This document shows, piece after piece, positions 35,705 through 39,034 of a stretch of 39,034 nt of DNA. Within the stretch, counting starts at the first letter, position 1. Each line of letters opens with the position of its first letter. The translations under genes and the position numbers were made by a program. Source of the DNA: Acanthaster planci (lineage: Eukaryota); assembly GCF_001949145.1 (NCBI RefSeq), contig NW_019091361.1, positions 4,212,164-4,251,197 of the forward strand. Direction: 5' to 3'. The notes under the pieces were generated by a model. It did not search any database. It worked only from the letters and a program-made list of their open reading frames with translations, and had not been told where the DNA came from.

Positions 35705-36619
35705 ACGACTTGGAGCGTAAACTTTGATAGTTTTTGTTTTGTTATTTTTCATATTATATCTCGGTTTTAAGAACACCAGTCTTGCAAAATTGCCTGCCTG
35801 ATCGTGACTCAACACTGAGCAGTAGTTGTACTTGTTACAAGCACCATTGTCAATTTAGAATTAAGACCCATTGGATACCCGTCAACGAAAGGACCAAAGT
35901 TGACTCGCTACGAGGGGTCGCCAAGGGGCTTACCATTTTGTTGTTGGCGTCCCGCGTGTTGTCCAGGTGACGGAACAATTGAGATCGATAGATCGACGCA
36001 AAACAAACATTGTGAACATGTTACCCTCTATGGGGTCCACTACGGAGGTCGGCTGTTTCAGGAAACGCAGGAATTATTATTCATCTCACTCTGTGGATTG
36101 GAGCATGAATATTCATCCCAATCAGCAAATCCATGTTGAGGAAACCCAGGAAGGAGTTCAGATGCGGGAGTAAAGGACAACACTAAACGGAAATCACATC
36201 TGAAAGAGTTTTTAATGCATGAGCTAATGTTCGGTGTGATCTGGCGTGCGTGTATAGTTCACTTAAACACATTTTTTTTTAAAGATTTAAGGCTAACGTA
36301 ACTTACTACATGTATCTCTGTAAGTCTCTTCACCGCTGTGCTGCACGTTACACCGGTCGTGGGCGAATCTTTAATTTACGGGAGCGATATATTGTGACTT
36401 TTACCCTCTCCCTGTGGTGTGGCGAAAGAGCCCTAGGTTTATGGCGGGGGGGGGCAAAGATTGCATGTTCATTTCCATGGGCTGGATTTCCATGCGCCGG
36501 ATTTGAACCTTACCCTGTCACGTTTCAATGTGTTTCCGAAGATTCTCACAGCTTGTGATACAACATATTAGTGATAACACTTTAAACAGAAGATCTACAG
36601 GGTTGTGTATCTATCACTT

Positions 36620-36720
36620 TGTCGCTGATTGGACGGCGCGCGCCCAGGAAATCTGCATATTCAGTGTGGACACTGATCGCAGGCGGACGGTGGTGAGCTA
36701 AAAATGTGAGTGACGCGTCG
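36620..36720 (+). promoter_or_regulatory. Probable Pol II promoter of a downstream gene
   Basis: Inverted CCAAT box CTGATTGG (36625-36632), GGCGCGCGCC palindrome (36635-36644), octamer-like ATCTGCATAT (36651) and TGACG half-CRE (36711), in CpG-rich sequence. Confidence 0.55.
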
Positions 36721-36827
36721 ATCGTCGTTCACTGCATGTTGGGAGTATAATACGTGTGGACTCTACAGACCTGGAACGCGGTTGAAAATACGAACTGGCA
36801 CTTTATCTGCATACCAGGATTTTCTAG
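36660..36827 (+). other. Candidate non-coding first exon of an unidentified downstream gene (start approximate)
   Basis: Strong donor TAG|GTAAGA at 36827/36828 about 200 nt downstream of the promoter motifs; both ATGs in it are closed by stops. Confidence 0.4.
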
Positions 36828-38103
36828 GTAAGAATTACCAGATTTCCTCTTTTTTGCGCTGAATTTGAATACAGCTTTGCCGCACTTGACCAGCGCCTCT
36901 GCTCCAATGCGTAAAAGTCGATGGTAAAGGGTAATATGTGCACAACTTCTGAAGAACTTGAACTTTGAGATTTGTACATCGTCCTACCTCAAGAGCCTGC
37001 GTAGCACATGCACCTACAACCGGACCAAAAATTTTTACCTGCACGTAATAAATTAAAAAGGCGCTTCGTATTAGCCGACAGTGAATTCTATTCTGTTAAC
37101 CCTATGTTTTCGTTTTAAGGGCTGTCTCTACAGCGGGGACAAGACTTAGTATGGGAGTATTTATTTTCAACCCACCGTTTGCTCATTACATATTCTCAAT
37201 ATTGCCATCGCGAGCTCATTTAGAATGTGCTCTTCAGTAGCACATAATGTAAAGTCGAGTTCGGAGGTCCGCATCGCGATCCACCCGTCCTGCATTCTGG
37301 AAGCGTTAAAATGTGATGATATTGCTATGTCCCTTGCAGCGTCTGTGCGTTGTACGCAGCCACGGCATCTACGTGCTCAGATCAAATTGCTGGCATCGAA
37401 TTCGCCGGGAGGAAATCCGGAGGTTGTTCCTGTATGTTTTCCGTTGGGGAAATTTGCTGGACTATTTCAGGAAATTCCGCCAAATTTTTCCAGGCATAAC
37501 ATATGATTATTACAAGGCCCCGTGTGGATTTTACTCATAAAAGTTATGTTCAGGCTCCCTTTCGCTTCCAATGCTACTGCCATGTCGTGCGTTTGCAATG
37601 ATAAAAAACTTCTGTTCAAGGCATTGGACTCCTGAGTGATTTTTGCGAAGCATGAAAACTGTCCTTATAATAAACAACGACGGTAAAATCGGGCATCATG
37701 CATCCTACATCCGGGAACTTCGTTGCATTTCTCCATAGCGTGCAACGGCGCGAAGGGGTATTTTTCCGCCCTTGTGGTGCGTTAACAGGCCGTAGTGACG
37801 TCATGCCGACAGCGAGAATATGTTTCTGGATGCACACTGAGGAGACATGTAATGAACCCGAAGAGCATTGAGGAGGAGTACCTCATAGGAATACGGTTGT
37901 ACCGCTTCTACGGGTGGAAAAAAGCGTTGTTACCTGGGTCAAATTCATTAAAATGCAGGTGTTCTTGCGCAGGCTCGAACAATCAATGCAGGGGGTGTCG
38001 GGTTTCTGCATATTGCAAGTTCATAGCTTTCTTCAAGTCTTGCTGTGAGTAAATCATGGTAGGCTAGATGTGTGGTCAATATTGACCTTTAGAGTGGGAA
38101 AGA

Positions 38104-38299
38104 CGGCGGCGTATCCATAGCTGGGGGAAACGGGCAAATTTTGAGACGTGTTGTCTTTTTTTTTTAATGGATAGTGCCAAACGTTTGAAACGCCGCTGCA
38201 GGGAATTTCGTTGATGGACGAACAATATTGGACCTCTATTTTTGAAAACGCCCCTCTTGCCTCCCCCCCCCCCAAAATCTGACCTGGATACGCTGCCCG
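38104..38299. mobile_element. MITE with GGCGTATCCA-type TIRs
   Basis: GGCGGCGTATCCA...TGGATACGCTGCC, with internal G-run and C-run; no TSD seen. Confidence 0.6.
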
Positions 38300-38348
38300 G
38301 ACTAAATGAGCGAACGAATCGAAATGGAATCAGAAATGATACAACTAC

Positions 38349-38488
38349 TCGCAGGACGAACCAGTTAGATACTGGGAGTATCCTGCAAGTAGTGTCCTAA
38401 ACGGCAAGGACACCTTCGTCAACTTACGGACAAGATGTGGCAAGTAAGTAAATTTTCCGTCGTTTGCACCGATCCACTACTGAATATG
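38349..38488 (+). pseudogene. RecQ-like SF2 helicase motif I relic
   Basis: SSVLNGKDTFVNLRTRCGK*VNF resembles RecQ motif I (LxGxDxFVxLPTGxGKS) with the Ser codon replaced by TAA; possible donor ATG|GTATGA at 38488. Confidence 0.6.
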
Positions 38489-39034
38489 GTATGACTAAAA
38501 GTAGTCATTACTTCGAGGGATGGTGCTGTCGGATGTTTAACATCACAAATTAATTGTAGAACGTAGAGAACTCAAATATTTCACGATGATACATTTTGAG
38601 TGTAATGCATAATTGATCTAGCCAAGTCCATACATCGTTACACGAAAAAATCCCTATTTATCTGTATCTTCATTGCGCCACACTGCGCCATAGGATCTTA
38701 CCGTAGAATGGCAGTGCACATGTATTGCACTGCATAATAAAGTTTCGAGATCGTATATATAATTTGTCGAGTCGTTATGAATTGAAAATCTGCAAATTAT
38801 GTTATTTATACTTTAGACACACTAATGGATTTCGATTGGAGTTCATGGAGGACAAACGCGACTGTTGAACGACTTGTAATCAATTCTTATAAGAATGGAG
38901 CCCATAATCTACGGTACCAGCGTGGCATGGGTCACTGCCTTCGGAAATGCCGGAGGCCAAACTACTCTTGTTTATGCGGATAACATTAAATTTTCCATGT
39001 CGCTGGGCCTCTGAGTACAGTTAGCTTTGTATAC

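Noticed and set aside
36704..36827. ATG-TGA followed by an open frame to the donor (possible selenocysteine or readthrough)
   Set aside because: Peptide has no recognisable similarity and no SECIS can be assessed; most simply a start-stop uORF or chance

Overview
Eukaryotic (invertebrate metazoan-like) genomic DNA from a gapped assembly with three N-runs. The window holds one complete intron-containing gene on the + strand, POLR3F (RNA polymerase III subunit RPC6/RPC39/C34). It has 8 coding exons (85-146, 1981-2098, 3682-3749, 4339-4519, 5459-5602, 6776-6883, 24491-24682, 33632-33709), all GT-AG, which splice to 951 nt = 316 aa ending in the four-Cys Fe-S motif. Introns 6 (17.6 kb) and 7 (8.9 kb) are swollen with transposon relics: CR1/L2 LINE fragments, tRNA-derived SINEs, TTAA piggyBac-like MITEs, a hAT-like element with a nested insertion, foldback elements, and unidentified antisense coding relics. 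A ~2 kb 3'UTR is followed by a CpG-rich region with a probable promoter and first exon of the next gene, plus a RecQ-like relic. I see no CRISPR array, prokaryotic system or intact transposase. The most unusual signals are: (i) a pervasive (TACATG)n palindrome that appears to have been gained independently in each arm of an inverted repeat; (ii) a degenerate minisatellite built from the 3' end and splice donor of exon 7; (iii) TTAA elements with telomere-like CCCTAAC ends and unrelated interiors. All calls were made by eye, without database searches.
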